64,000 bases of DNA from Candidatus Falkowbacteria bacterium (GCA_037134915.1 JBAXLJ010000002.1:192935-256934); one strand, 5' to 3'; counted from the stretch's first letter, positions 1 through 9,297 are shown. Program-made: numbers and translations. The notes: a model not told the origin generated them from the letters alone.

Positions 1-629
1 AATTACTTTTTGGTACGGCCAGTTTAGGCCTATTGCTTATCCTTTCGGCCTGCAGCACTGGCTCTAGTGCCCCTACTGCTTCTTCGGGGTCAAATTCTAA
101 TGGCGCCCCGGCGCCAGCTAAAGGTGGCCCGGGTCGTCAACCTGATTACGGTCAACCGGCCACACCTCCTGAAATTAGAGGTTTAGTTAAATCTATCGTG
201 GGTAACGAAGTAGATATTTTAAAAATTGATCAACCACAAAGAGCGACGAGTACGGACGCTAATAGCGCCGCCGCTTCTACTACCAGAACGCCTTCTTTAA
301 GTTTAGGGGGCGCAGGTAATACTGGCGGTCGTGGTCAAGGCGGTGGCGGTTTTGGTTTTGCCGGTGGCGGTCGTGGTCAGGGTGGTGCTAGTAGTACCAC
401 GGACCGAACAGCGATGTTGGCCCGGATTAAAGCGATGAGTACTGGCGAAGATCAGGTTGTTATTCCTGTCGGGATTAAAATGCTAAAGGCGGACCCAAAT
501 AGCACTGGACGCCAAAGAACCATGGTTGAAGCGACTTTGTCTGATATTACCGCTGACAAGATGATTACCATTTGGTTGGATAACTCCGTGACTGATAAAA
601 AAGTGGCGAGTTTTGTAATGATTAATTAA
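1..629 (+). CDS. Glycine-rich lipoprotein (5' end runs off the window)
   Basis: The frame is open from nt 3. The hydrophobic leader ..LLFGTASLGLLLILSAC ends in a lipobox (L-S-A-C). It has a low-complexity block GGRGQGGGGFGFAGGGRGQGG and is the first gene of the adaptor/ABC operon. Confidence 0.6.
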   Translation, partial: LLFGTASLGLLLILSACSTGSSAPTASSGSNSNGAPAPAKGGPGRQPDYGQPATPPEIRGLVKSIVGNEVDILKIDQPQRATSTDANSAAASTTRTPSLSLGGAGNTGGRGQGGGGFGFAGGGRGQGGASSTTDRTAMLARIKAMSTGEDQVVIPVGIKMLKADPNSTGRQRTMVEATLSDITADKMITIWLDNSVTDKKVASFVMIN

Positions 630-652
630 TTTTGAATAAAGCATAAAAAAGT

Positions 653-2524
653 ATGGCCAAGTCATCAATTATTGAAGAAAGTAAAAGAGCTAAAGGTAGT
701 GGATTTATAAAAACCATTTTTAGTAAAAAGATTTTAATTATTCTGATTATTGTTATCGCTTTAGGCGGCGGTGCTTATTATTTTTTCGGCAAAAAGACTA
801 CTACTGTTGCAGCCGTAGTCAAGCAAACAACATCCGTTAAAAAGGAGGACTTACAAATTGCCGTTCAGTCTGACGGTAAAGTGGTAGCTAAGGATGGCGT
901 TGTCCTTTCTTTTTCCAATAGCGGTTCGACTGCCGAAGTAAGTAATGTTTATGTCAAAGAAGGGGCGACCGTAAAAAAAGGTGATAAGATTGCCTCGATT
1001 AAAACCGACTCTTTAGAATTTGATTTACGCAACGCTTATTCAAGTTACCAATCAGCCTTGGCCAATTTACAACTTAAGGAAGCCGGGGCCACGGCTAATG
1101 ATCGGGCGAAAGCTCAAAATGCTATTGATCAGGCCAAATTAAGTTTGGATCAAGCGAAAATTAGTTTAGCGCAAACTCAAAGTAGTTCTAATCAAAGCGT
1201 GAGCAATGCGGAAAATTCAGTGCAAGTAGCTGAAAACAATTTAAAACTTAATTCTGATGAAAAAAGCAGCGCGATTGTAAATGATGCTTATGATAATCTG
1301 ACTAATTCCTTAAAATCAATAAATATTTCTTTGGCTAAGAGTTTGCAAGACGCTGATAGTATTTTAGGGGTTGATAATACCGGAATTAATGATTCTTTTG
1401 AAAGTTTGCTGGGAGTTAAAAATGCCGGTATTTATAATTTAGCCAAAAATAGTTATGCCACGGCTAAAAGTGATAATAGTAATTTTAGTTCCGCTTTTTC
1501 TTATTTAAATAGTAGCAGTAGTCAATCAGATATCGATTCAGTGGCACAAAAAGCGGCGACTGCGATAAATTCCATGGAAAAAGTCTTGGCGGATACCAAG
1601 GGCACTTTAGACGCAACCATTATTTCCTCAGGATTCTCTCAGAGTCAATTAGATTCTCTGAGTTCTAAAATTGATAGCTCAAGGTCAAACATGACCAGCG
1701 CTGATTCTAATTTAACCAGTAACTTACAAGCAATTGCTAATGCTAAAAGAAGTTTGGCCAGCTTTCAGTTATCTTATCAGAAATCCTTAGATGATTTAGC
1801 TGCTGCTAAGACGACCGCTGCTCAAAACGTGGCTAATGCTAATAATAATGTAGCTAATCGGGCTTCTGCTTTGCAAAGTGCGCAAATTAGTTACAACGCT
1901 TTAGTGGCCCCAGCTTCGGCTGCTGACTTAGCCGGTGCCAGGTCGCAACTGACTTCAGCTTCAGTTAGTGTTGATAAGGCTAAATATAATATTGATCAAG
2001 CAACTTTAGTTTCGCCAATAGATGGCGTAGTTTCACAACTTAATTATAAACAAGGTGATATTGTCACGGATAATACTAAATCAATGGCCACTATTATTAA
2101 TAATAATACTTTATACATTGAAGCTAATATTGAAGAATCGGATGTTAGTAAGATTAAAGTAGGTCAAAAAGCCCGAGCGACTTTTGATGCGGTTGATGGT
2201 TTAACTTTAGACGGAGAAGTGAGTTTTATTTCTATGACCTCGGTAACCAGTTCTAATGGCATTGTGACTTACTTAGTTCGAGTTATTTTCACGGCACCTA
2301 AAGATAGTCCCATCCGTGAAGGCATGACCGCTTCGGTTAATTTTATTACCGCTGAAGCCTTAAATGTCTTAACCGTACCAGTTGATGCCGTGCGTAATGT
2401 AAGTGGTAAATCATCAGTGGAGACCGCTGACAACGTCTTTACACCGGTAACAACTGGTTTTACCGACGGTAAACGAGTGGAGATAATTAGCGGTTTAAGT
2501 TTGGGTGATAAAGTTATCTATTAA
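653..2524 (+). CDS. HlyD/MacA-family periplasmic adaptor (membrane fusion protein) with an unusually long coiled-coil region
   Basis: N-terminal TM (ILIILIIVIALGGGAYYFF). Lipoyl/beta-barrel motifs are present (VKEGATVKKGDKIASI; LVSPIDGVVSQLNYKQGD; IEANIEESDVSKIKVGQKA). It lies directly upstream of the ABC ATPase and FtsX-type permease. Confidence 0.85.
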   Translation: MAKSSIIEESKRAKGSGFIKTIFSKKILIILIIVIALGGGAYYFFGKKTTTVAAVVKQTTSVKKEDLQIAVQSDGKVVAKDGVVLSFSNSGSTAEVSNVYVKEGATVKKGDKIASIKTDSLEFDLRNAYSSYQSALANLQLKEAGATANDRAKAQNAIDQAKLSLDQAKISLAQTQSSSNQSVSNAENSVQVAENNLKLNSDEKSSAIVNDAYDNLTNSLKSINISLAKSLQDADSILGVDNTGINDSFESLLGVKNAGIYNLAKNSYATAKSDNSNFSSAFSYLNSSSSQSDIDSVAQKAATAINSMEKVLADTKGTLDATIISSGFSQSQLDSLSSKIDSSRSNMTSADSNLTSNLQAIANAKRSLASFQLSYQKSLDDLAAAKTTAAQNVANANNNVANRASALQSAQISYNALVAPASAADLAGARSQLTSASVSVDKAKYNIDQATLVSPIDGVVSQLNYKQGDIVTDNTKSMATIINNNTLYIEANIEESDVSKIKVGQKARATFDAVDGLTLDGEVSFISMTSVTSSNGIVTYLVRVIFTAPKDSPIREGMTASVNFITAEALNVLTVPVDAVRNVSGKSSVETADNVFTPVTTGFTDGKRVEIISGLSLGDKVIY

Positions 2525-2527
2525 TCT

Positions 2528-3238
2528 ATGAATGAACAGATTGAAATTGAATTAGATGATGTCCATAAATCTTATTATCTAGCGGGCGGTGAAGAAATTC
2601 CTGTGCTACGCGGTGTTGATCTTAAAATAAATAAGGGAGAGTTTGTGGCCATCATGGGCGAGTCCGGTTGTGGTAAAACGACTTTGCTTAATATTTTGGG
2701 TTGCTTGCACCCAATAGATAGTGGTAAGTATTTACTGGCCGGCGAAGATTTGGGCGGCGTTAAAGATGATTTTACCTTGGCTTATATCCGTAATAAAAAG
2801 ATGGGCTTTATTTTTCAACAGTTTAATTTATTTGCGAGATTGTCCGCTATTAAGAATGTGGCTTTACCGGCGCTTTACGCCGGTGTGCCACGTCACGAGC
2901 GTGAAGAAAAAGCCAGAGAATTACTAGAGTCTGTCGGCATGGGTGAGCGAACTAAACATAAGCCCAGTGAGCTCTCTGGTGGGCAACAGCAAAGAATTGC
3001 CATCTGTCGCGCTCTAATTAACGACCCAGAAATAATTTTAGCTGATGAGCCAACTGGCGCCTTAGATTCGAAGGCTGGTTTAGAGTTAATGAGAATTTTT
3101 AAAGGTTTTAAAGAACGCGGCAAAACTCTAATTATGGTCACACACACCACTGAGGTGGCTAAATATGCGGATCGTATAATTTATATGAAAGACGGCCAAG
3201 TGGTTGACTCTGATTATAAACTAAAAACTTCTTTTTAA
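2528..3238 (+). CDS. ABC transporter ATP-binding protein, MacB/LolD-type
   Basis: Walker [10 protein letters not shown], signature LSGGQQQR, Walker [10 protein letters not shown]-loop MVTH. Confidence 0.95.
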   Translation: MNEQIEIELDDVHKSYYLAGGEEIPVLRGVDLKINKGEFVAIMGESGCGKTTLLNILGCLHPIDSGKYLLAGEDLGGVKDDFTLAYIRNKKMGFIFQQFNLFARLSAIKNVALPALYAGVPRHEREEKARELLESVGMGERTKHKPSELSGGQQQRIAICRALINDPEIILADEPTGALDSKAGLELMRIFKGFKERGKTLIMVTHTTEVAKYADRIIYMKDGQVVDSDYKLKTSF

Positions 3239-3242
3239 AATT

Positions 3243-4442
3243 ATGATTTTAGAAATTATTAAAATGGCGTTTGAGTCTTTGTTTGCTAGTAAGACTAGAA
3301 GTTTTTTGTCGATGTTAGGAATTATCATCGGGGTGTCGACGGTTATTGCCGTGTTCGCCATTGGCCAAGGTGCTAAAGATGCGGTCAGCGCTCAATTTCA
3401 AAATTTAAGCGCTAATTCTATTTTGGTGATGTCTAATCAGGGGCGAGGCGCTGTGGCAACTTCAAAATTTAAGGCCTCGGATGCTCAGTTAATTGCCAGC
3501 CAAGTACCCAATGTTTCGGCTGTAACCGGAGCAATTGAAGGCAACTCCTCGGTTTCTTATGGATCGGTTAGCAAGAGTTATGGTGTAACCGGAGTCGATT
3601 TAAATTATTTTTCCGTGTCTAACCTTAAGTTACAAAGTGGGCGGGCAATTACTCAGGAAGATTTAGATTCCAAGGCGATGGTGGCCGTTTTAGGCAGCAC
3701 AGCTGTCACGGATTTGTTTCCTGATGGCCAAAATATTTTAGGTAGTACTATTACCGTTAGTGGTAAAAAACTAGAAGTTATTGGCGTGTTAAATAAAACC
3801 GGTTCCAGAATGGGGCCAATGTCAGTTGATGAATCAGTCATTGTGCCACTTTCGACCGCTGAGAAAAATTTATTAGGTTCTAAGGGGCAGATAATGATTA
3901 ATGTTCAGGCTGATAGCGTTGATAATGTTGCGACCGTGAGCGCCAATATTACTACGGCGCTGCGTACCGAGCATAAACTAAAAACTGGGGCGGCTGACGA
4001 TTTTAGATTAATGGATGCTGGCAGTATGGTGGCCTCAGCCCAAGCTTCGGCCAGCTTAATGTCTATTTTACTGACTGTTATCGCGGCAATTACGCTAGTA
4101 GTTTCCGGTATTGGCATTATGAATGTGATGTTAGTGACAGTAGCGGAGCGAACCAAGGAAATCGGTATCGCTAAAGCCATCGGTGGCAAGCAATCTAATA
4201 TCTTAAGCCAATTTATTTTAGAATCAATTATTTTATCGACTTTAGGCGGCTTAATTGGTATAATTGTGGGACAAATAGCGATTCCGATTATCTCTTATTT
4301 TAAGATTATGACGCTAGCCTCTTCGGTTACCGGGCCGCTGATTGGTTTTTCTTTCTCTTTTTTTGTTGGCGTTTTCTTCGGTTTTTATCCGGCTTACAAG
4401 GCTAGTCGCTTAGATCCGGTGGATGCTTTAAGAAGTGAATAA
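3243..4442 (+). CDS. ABC transporter permease, MacB/FtsX family
   Basis: N-terminal TM, a large extracytoplasmic domain and a C-terminal FtsX-type TM bundle. The family-typical end is FYPAYKASRLDPVDALRSE. Confidence 0.9.
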   Translation: MILEIIKMAFESLFASKTRSFLSMLGIIIGVSTVIAVFAIGQGAKDAVSAQFQNLSANSILVMSNQGRGAVATSKFKASDAQLIASQVPNVSAVTGAIEGNSSVSYGSVSKSYGVTGVDLNYFSVSNLKLQSGRAITQEDLDSKAMVAVLGSTAVTDLFPDGQNILGSTITVSGKKLEVIGVLNKTGSRMGPMSVDESVIVPLSTAEKNLLGSKGQIMINVQADSVDNVATVSANITTALRTEHKLKTGAADDFRLMDAGSMVASAQASASLMSILLTVIAAITLVVSGIGIMNVMLVTVAERTKEIGIAKAIGGKQSNILSQFILESIILSTLGGLIGIIVGQIAIPIISYFKIMTLASSVTGPLIGFSFSFFVGVFFGFYPAYKASRLDPVDALRSE

Positions 4443-4520
4443 TTAGAGTTTTGAAGATTTTGCAAGTTTTTGCGTATTACTGTAGTTGTCGCTAATATAT
4501 TAAATTAATTTTTAAATTTT

Positions 4521-5033
4521 ATGGAAGATGAAAAAAAGGAAATAGATGTTGCCGGTGAAAAATCAGAAAAAAGAGATTCTGGCTTTTGCGGCCATCATCA
4601 CTGTGCTTGCAGCGGCCATTTTATGTTGCGAGCTTTTATTAAAATAATCATAATTTTAGCTATTTTTTCGATTGGTGTCTCCGTGGGTTCTCATTTAAAT
4701 CGAGAAAACTATGGTCATTTCAATAATTATCGTTCTTTTAGATATGGTAATTTTGAACCAGGCAACTTTGAAGGCGGCGCAATGCGCGGTGGCCGGACTA
4801 TGATGCAGGGTCGTGGCGAGTTTCAATCAGAAACTTTTGCCTCACCAATGCAGGGTAATGTTACTTATACCAGTGCTCAAGCGGTACCAGCTTGTGGATT
4901 TCAAGGAGTAGAGCTAATTCAAGGTAGCGGCTTTCAAATGATGAACCAAGGTGCGATTCAAGCTGGAGTGTCAGTTCCGACGAGAATGATGCCCACTGTG
5001 GTTTCACCAACGACGACCATTAAAGTTAAATAA
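4521..5033 (+). CDS. Hypothetical membrane protein with a His/Cys cluster and Met-rich tail
   Basis: Contains CGHHHCACSGH before a single TM (IIIILAIFSIGVSVG). The exported part holds repeated Met motifs (RTMMQGRG, FQMMNQG, RMMPT). A terminator follows. Confidence 0.5.
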   Translation: MEDEKKEIDVAGEKSEKRDSGFCGHHHCACSGHFMLRAFIKIIIILAIFSIGVSVGSHLNRENYGHFNNYRSFRYGNFEPGNFEGGAMRGGRTMMQGRGEFQSETFASPMQGNVTYTSAQAVPACGFQGVELIQGSGFQMMNQGAIQAGVSVPTRMMPTVVSPTTTIKVK

Positions 5034-5047
5034 ACTTCTGATAAAAA

Positions 5048-5078
5048 ATCACCTCATTAAAACTGAGGTGATTTTTTT
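5048..5078 (+). terminator. Rho-independent terminator
   Basis: ATCACCTCA-ttaaaac-TGAGGTGAT followed by TTTTTT. Confidence 0.7.
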
Positions 5079-5088
5079 GTAGTTCTTG

Positions 5089-5097
5089 TGTTATAAT
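5089..5097 (+). promoter_or_regulatory. Extended -10 promoter element TGTTATAAT
   Basis: TGT+TATAAT lies 21 nt upstream of the ATG at 5119. Confidence 0.45.
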
Positions 5098-5118
5098 GTT
5101 GGCATAATTATAATTTAA

Positions 5119-5622
5119 ATGTTTTTTTTCTTAACTTTTCCCGGAGTCATGGTCCATGAATGGGCCCATAAAATATTTTGTAAATTATCGGGGTTACACG
5201 TTGTTAAAACAGTTTATTTTCGTTTTGGTAATCCCAGTGGTTACGTGATTCATGAAGCGCCGCATAACTATTTGCAATCTTTTTTTGTTTCCACCGGTCC
5301 GATTATTTTTAATTCTTTACTGAGTTTTGTTTTAGCTTACGCCATTTCTTTTTTGGACCACGGTTCTAACTTAAGAATCTTATTTTTGTGGTTAGCTTTT
5401 TCGGCCGCAGCGCATGCCTTTCCTAGTGAGGAAGATTTAAAGGGGGCCTCTTTAGACGGTTTATCTAACTTAAAACGAGGCAGCAGCCTGTGGCCTCTTA
5501 TCGGTTTTCCTTTAATCGGCTTAATGTGGCTCGCGGGTCGTTTTGGCTTAATCTTCCGGATTGCCTTTGCTTTTATAATAGTAATTTTGGGGTTAGTCAG
5601 TGCGGGCCAATTAGTGCTATAA
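5119..5622 (+). CDS. Integral membrane protein with HEXXH motif (putative zincin-like metalloprotease)
   Basis: HEWAH lies at the N-terminus (GVMVHEWAHKIF). Four or more predicted TM segments. Confidence 0.5.
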   Translation: MFFFLTFPGVMVHEWAHKIFCKLSGLHVVKTVYFRFGNPSGYVIHEAPHNYLQSFFVSTGPIIFNSLLSFVLAYAISFLDHGSNLRILFLWLAFSAAAHAFPSEEDLKGASLDGLSNLKRGSSLWPLIGFPLIGLMWLAGRFGLIFRIAFAFIIVILGLVSAGQLVL

Positions 5623-5652
5623 TAAAAAGATAAAAAATAATTTGCTATATCT

Positions 5653-6162
5653 ATGAAAAAAACCTGGCTTTTAATTTTACCGCTTATTTTTTTAGTTTCG
5701 GGTTGTTCGTCTGTTTCTAAAACAGAACCAGCCGCGCCCGATACTACAGGTTTAAGCAATGCGGCGACCGCTTGTGTGATCCCGGCGACCACTACCGAGG
5801 ATATTTCAGCCAGCACTACTAAAAGCATTTTGCCGCCTGTTAGCCAAGAAGAAGTTAAAAAAACTTTTACTTATGAAGACGAGGATATGGGCGTGAAGTT
5901 AAAATATCCCGGCTCCTGCTATTTTAATAAAGGTGTCTTCCAGTGTTCGGATTTTACTTTAAGTGTTTGGGTTCTAGATAGCATTGCTAAACCTAGCTCG
6001 ACTCCAGAGAAAACTTTTAAAGATGGGCAAACCCAGATAAAGTATGTCTTTATTCACGGTAATAAAATTTATGCTTTGATGGCCTGGTATGATGGTCAAA
6101 ATCGCAGCGATTTAGAAAAGGTGATTGATAAAATTGCTAAGAGTTTAAAATTTACTAGATAG
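5653..6162 (+). CDS. Lipoprotein, unknown function
   Basis: The signal peptide ends in lipobox LVSGC (LILPLIFLVSGCSS). Confidence 0.6.
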   Translation: MKKTWLLILPLIFLVSGCSSVSKTEPAAPDTTGLSNAATACVIPATTTEDISASTTKSILPPVSQEEVKKTFTYEDEDMGVKLKYPGSCYFNKGVFQCSDFTLSVWVLDSIAKPSSTPEKTFKDGQTQIKYVFIHGNKIYALMAWYDGQNRSDLEKVIDKIAKSLKFTR

Positions 6163-6170
6163 TCAGTTAT

Positions 6171-6203
6171 AAAAGAGCCTTCTAACTTAGAAGGCTCTTT
6201 TTT
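6171..6203. terminator. Bidirectional terminator between convergent genes
   Basis: AAAAGAGCCTTC-taactta-GAAGGCTCTTTTTT, with an A-tract on one side and a T-tract on the other. Confidence 0.75.
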
Positions 6204-6212
6204 GGTGGTTTT

Positions 6213-6632
6213 TTATTTTTTTAACAAATCCCTGATTTCACTGAGCAGTTTCTGATCTTTAGTGAGTTCTGGTTCAGGGGCAATCTTAGCTTCTTCATCT
6301 TTGTGGCGCTGCAACTGGTCCTTTAAGCGAGCCAGTAATTTAATCATAAGGAAAATGGCGCCGGTGATAATTAGAAAATCAACAATATTCTGGATAAAAG
6401 TGCCGATGTTGAGCGTTAGCGGCGGCAGGTTGCCGGCCGATTCGCGAAGAATAACCTTCCAGCTGGTAAAAGACTCACCTTTAGTCAGTAGTCCCGCTAA
6501 GGGCATGATAATATCAGTGACTAAGGAGGTCACTATTTTGCCAAAGGCGCCGCCGATGATAACCGCGGTGGCCAGTTCAATGGCGTTGCCTTTAACGGCA
6601 AACTCTTTAAATTCTTGAATAATTTTTTTCAT
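6213..6632 (-). CDS. mscL: Large-conductance mechanosensitive channel
   Basis: MKKIIQEFKEFAVKGNAIELATAVIIGGAFGKIVTSLVTDIIMP is the canonical MscL N-terminus/TM1. Length is 139 aa. Confidence 0.95.
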   Translation of the reverse strand: MKKIIQEFKEFAVKGNAIELATAVIIGGAFGKIVTSLVTDIIMPLAGLLTKGESFTSWKVILRESAGNLPPLTLNIGTFIQNIVDFLIITGAIFLMIKLLARLKDQLQRHKDEEAKIAPEPELTKDQKLLSEIRDLLKK

Positions 6633-6690
6633 AATTATATTATAGTATTTTTTTATTTTTTTATCAAAATTAGGACCTTATTTAATTTTT

Positions 6691-6699
6691 TGTTAAAAT
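6691..6699 (+). promoter_or_regulatory. Extended -10 element TGTTAAAAT (leaderless geometry)
   Basis: The -10 ends 6 nt before the rlmH ATG (6706). Confidence 0.45.
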
Positions 6700-6705
6700 T
6701 AGAAT

Positions 6706-7164
6706 ATGTTAAATATTACATTAGTTACGGTGGGAAAAATTAAAGAAGCTTACTTAAGTGAGGCCGCCACTTCTTATATTAAAAGAATTAAGCCTTACGG
6801 GCGCTTAAATATTTTAGAGGTTAAAGCGGAATCTTTTTCGACGGCCACTAAAGATAAAGCTAAAAATAATGAAGCGCTAAAAATCCAAGCTATTTTAGAT
6901 AATAAAAGGGAAGCGCAAATCTATTTGATGTCGGAGCATGGCACTTTATTTAATTCTTTAGAATTCGCTACTAAAATAGAAAATCCTCAAGAAATTGTTT
7001 TAGTCATTGCTGGGAGTCTCGGTTTTGCTAAGGAGCTGGAGGCTAAATACCCGAAAATATCACTCTCGCCCTTAACTTTTCCGCATGAGCTGGCGCGCGT
7101 TATTTTGCTGGAACAAATTTATCGAGCGGCTACGATTATAAATCATAAAGAATATCACTATTAA
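6706..7164 (+). CDS. rlmH: 23S rRNA (pseudouridine1915-N3)-methyltransferase
   Basis: 152-aa SPOUT protein. MLNITLVTVGKIKEAYL at the N-terminus and LSLSPLTFPHELARVILLEQIYRA at the C-terminus match RlmH. Confidence 0.9.
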   Translation: MLNITLVTVGKIKEAYLSEAATSYIKRIKPYGRLNILEVKAESFSTATKDKAKNNEALKIQAILDNKREAQIYLMSEHGTLFNSLEFATKIENPQEIVLVIAGSLGFAKELEAKYPKISLSPLTFPHELARVILLEQIYRAATIINHKEYHY

Positions 7165-7259
7165 GAAAAAAGGCTTTCGGTTGAAGGAAAGCTTTTTAGT
7201 GTTTTTAGAAGGTAGTGGGAACTTGATTGACAACATCAATAAACTAATATTGTTACACT

Positions 7260-7985
7260 ATGTCTAGTTTAACTAAGTTAATTCGCCAAGCTAAGAGCCT
7301 TTATTCGGTTGAAAGGGCGGAGCACTCCAAATATTTCTTTAAGACCGGCCCGGGGCAATATGGCGCGGGTGATATCTTTTGGGGCTTAAGTGTTCCGGAG
7401 ATGAGAGTTCTGGCTAAAGAATTTTCTAATTTGAGTTTAATTGAGGTTAGTAGTTTGCTTGCCGAATCGGTTCATGAATTGCGCCTGATCGGTTTAACTA
7501 TTTTAGTTAATCAGTATCAAGCGGCTAAGACCGATTTAGAGCGCCAAAAGGTTTATAAGTTTTATTTAAAGCATCGAGCGGCGGCTAATAATTGGGATTT
7601 AGTAGATCTATCAGTTTATAAGATAATGGGCGATTATTTAGTGAGACATCCGCAAGAGCGGACAATTCTTTACCGCCTCGTTAAATCAAAAAATCTTTGG
7701 GAGCGTCGTCTTGCTATGGTGTCAACTATGGCTTTTATTCGCAACCAAGAAAGTGCCGATGTTCTTAAATTAGCAGGCCTGCTTTTAAATGACTCCGAAG
7801 ATTTACTCCATAAAGCCAGTGGCTGGATGCTAAGAGAGCTCGGCAAAAGGAATGAAAAATTACTCTGCGATTTTTTAGATGACAATGCTTCACGGATGCC
7901 ACGCACCATGCTTAGATACGCCATTGAACGCTTAGCGGAGCCCAAACGTTTAAAATATTTAAAAATAAAGAGGGAGATGTTATAA
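7260..7985 (+). CDS. DNA alkylation repair protein (AlkD/AlkC-like HEAT-repeat glycosylase family)
   Basis: YFFKTGPGQYGAGDIFWGLSVPEMRVLAKEF and NLWERRLAMVSTMAF are typical of the DNA_alkylation family. Confidence 0.8.
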   Translation: MSSLTKLIRQAKSLYSVERAEHSKYFFKTGPGQYGAGDIFWGLSVPEMRVLAKEFSNLSLIEVSSLLAESVHELRLIGLTILVNQYQAAKTDLERQKVYKFYLKHRAAANNWDLVDLSVYKIMGDYLVRHPQERTILYRLVKSKNLWERRLAMVSTMAFIRNQESADVLKLAGLLLNDSEDLLHKASGWMLRELGKRNEKLLCDFLDDNASRMPRTMLRYAIERLAEPKRLKYLKIKREML

Positions 7986-7986
7986 T
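7978..7986 (+). promoter_or_regulatory. Extended -10 element TGTTATAAT
   Basis: Overlaps the end of the preceding gene, 27 nt upstream of the ATG at 8014. Confidence 0.4.
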
Positions 7987-8013
7987 AAAATCATAATAAA
8001 TTAAATTAGTTAT

Positions 8014-8781
8014 ATGGAAAAAGAAACTTTAACTTGGCGCAGCCCTAAAACAATTCTCCTGCTGTTAATTATTCTAGGAATTACGGCCACGATTGTCATC
8101 TCAATTTTAAGGGATCGAATTACTAATCAACAATTTAGGCAGGTGACTGTTACTGGGCAAGGTAAGATTTCTTATGAACCAGATTTAGCGATTGTGACTC
8201 TGGGTGTCCAAATTGATAAAGCGAAGACAGCGGATTTAGCTTTAAAACAATTAAACGATAAGATGGCTAAAATTATGGCCGCTGTTTATGCTAATAAAAT
8301 TCCGGAGGCGGATATTTCTACTTCAGTTTATTCCTTGTCACCGCAATATGATTACAAAGATAATGTTTCGGTTGTTTCCGGTTATAATGCTAATGAACAG
8401 TTGATTATTAAAGTTCGTAACTATGATAAGGATCAAAATAATTTAAACAAGATAATTTCGGTGGCCACCTTAGCCGGCGCCAATCAAGTTAGCGGTTTAG
8501 CTTTTGACGTCTCTAATGTTAATGATTTAAAACAAGCGGCCAGAATCAAAGCGATTGGCGATGCTAAGGCTAAAGCTCAAGTTTTGGCCACCGCGGCCGG
8601 AGTAAAACTCAAAGATATTTCCAGTTGGTATGAAAATGTTTTACAAGTGCCATCGCCAGTTTACGCCGCTGGTATCGGGGGCGGAGCTAGTGGTATGGGT
8701 GGCGGCGGTGGATTACCGCAAACGCCAAGCGGACTTAAGGAAATAATTATTGAAATGAACCTAACTTATAATTTAAAATAG
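8014..8781 (+). CDS. SIMPL (DUF541) domain protein
   Basis: N-terminal TM, then VTVTGQGKISYEPDLAIVTLGV and ARIKAIGDAKAKAQVLA. Gly-rich segment near the C-terminus. Confidence 0.8.
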   Translation: MEKETLTWRSPKTILLLLIILGITATIVISILRDRITNQQFRQVTVTGQGKISYEPDLAIVTLGVQIDKAKTADLALKQLNDKMAKIMAAVYANKIPEADISTSVYSLSPQYDYKDNVSVVSGYNANEQLIIKVRNYDKDQNNLNKIISVATLAGANQVSGLAFDVSNVNDLKQAARIKAIGDAKAKAQVLATAAGVKLKDISSWYENVLQVPSPVYAAGIGGGASGMGGGGGLPQTPSGLKEIIIEMNLTYNLK

Positions 8782-8789
8782 AAAGATAT

Positions 8790-8824
8790 AAAAAAGACCG
8801 AAATTACTCTCGGTCTCTTTTTTT
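8790..8824. terminator. Bidirectional terminator
   Basis: AAAAAAGACCG-aaattactct-CGGTCTCTTTTTTT between convergent genes. Confidence 0.75.
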
Positions 8825-9158
8825 ATTCGATAATTTTTTGTAAATCACTAAGGCTAATTGGTTTAGTGTGAAAATCGTCGCAGCCGACATTTAAGGCTCT
8901 TTTTCGGTCATCATGGTAAGCCGCTATCATAAAAATTTTGACGATTTCATTAAGAGCTCTTATTTCTTCAACTACTTTAAAACCGTCAATATTGTTTAAA
9001 TGAGAATTAATAATCACAAAGTCCGGTTGATGTTCAAAAAACATTTCTAAAGCGTCTTTGCCATCAGTGGTTGTAAAAAGATGATGGTTCATAAAAACTC
9101 TTTCATAATAACTCAGGGACACCGGGTCGCAATCAGCAATCAAAATTTTCTTTTTCAT
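8823..9158 (-). CDS. Stand-alone receiver (CheY-like) domain lacking the phospho-acceptor Asp
   Basis: KKILIADCD..., DFVIINSHLNNIDG and FHTKPIS align to CheY D12/13, D57 and K109. The D57 position is Asn and the T87 position is Ala. Confidence 0.8.
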   Translation of the reverse strand: MKKKILIADCDPVSLSYYERVFMNHHLFTTTDGKDALEMFFEHQPDFVIINSHLNNIDGFKVVEEIRALNEIVKIFMIAAYHDDRKRALNVGCDDFHTKPISLSDLQKIIE

Positions 9159-9268
9159 TTTTTAGGATTTTTAAGTTACGTTAAAGTGAATTATAATGAT
9201 TTTTTACCTTTTGTAAAGGCTCTGCCTACGGCTCATAATTAACAATTAACTAGCTCGGCCCCTGTTTA

Positions 9269-9297
9269 TTGGCAAATATTTTTACGTGTGATATAAT
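9269..9297 (+). promoter_or_regulatory. Sigma-70-type promoter of hup
   Basis: TTGGCA, a 17-nt spacer, then TGaTATAAT. This implies a ~125-nt 5' UTR containing a 12-bp hairpin (TTGAAAGTTTGT..ACAAATTTTCAA). Confidence 0.55.
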
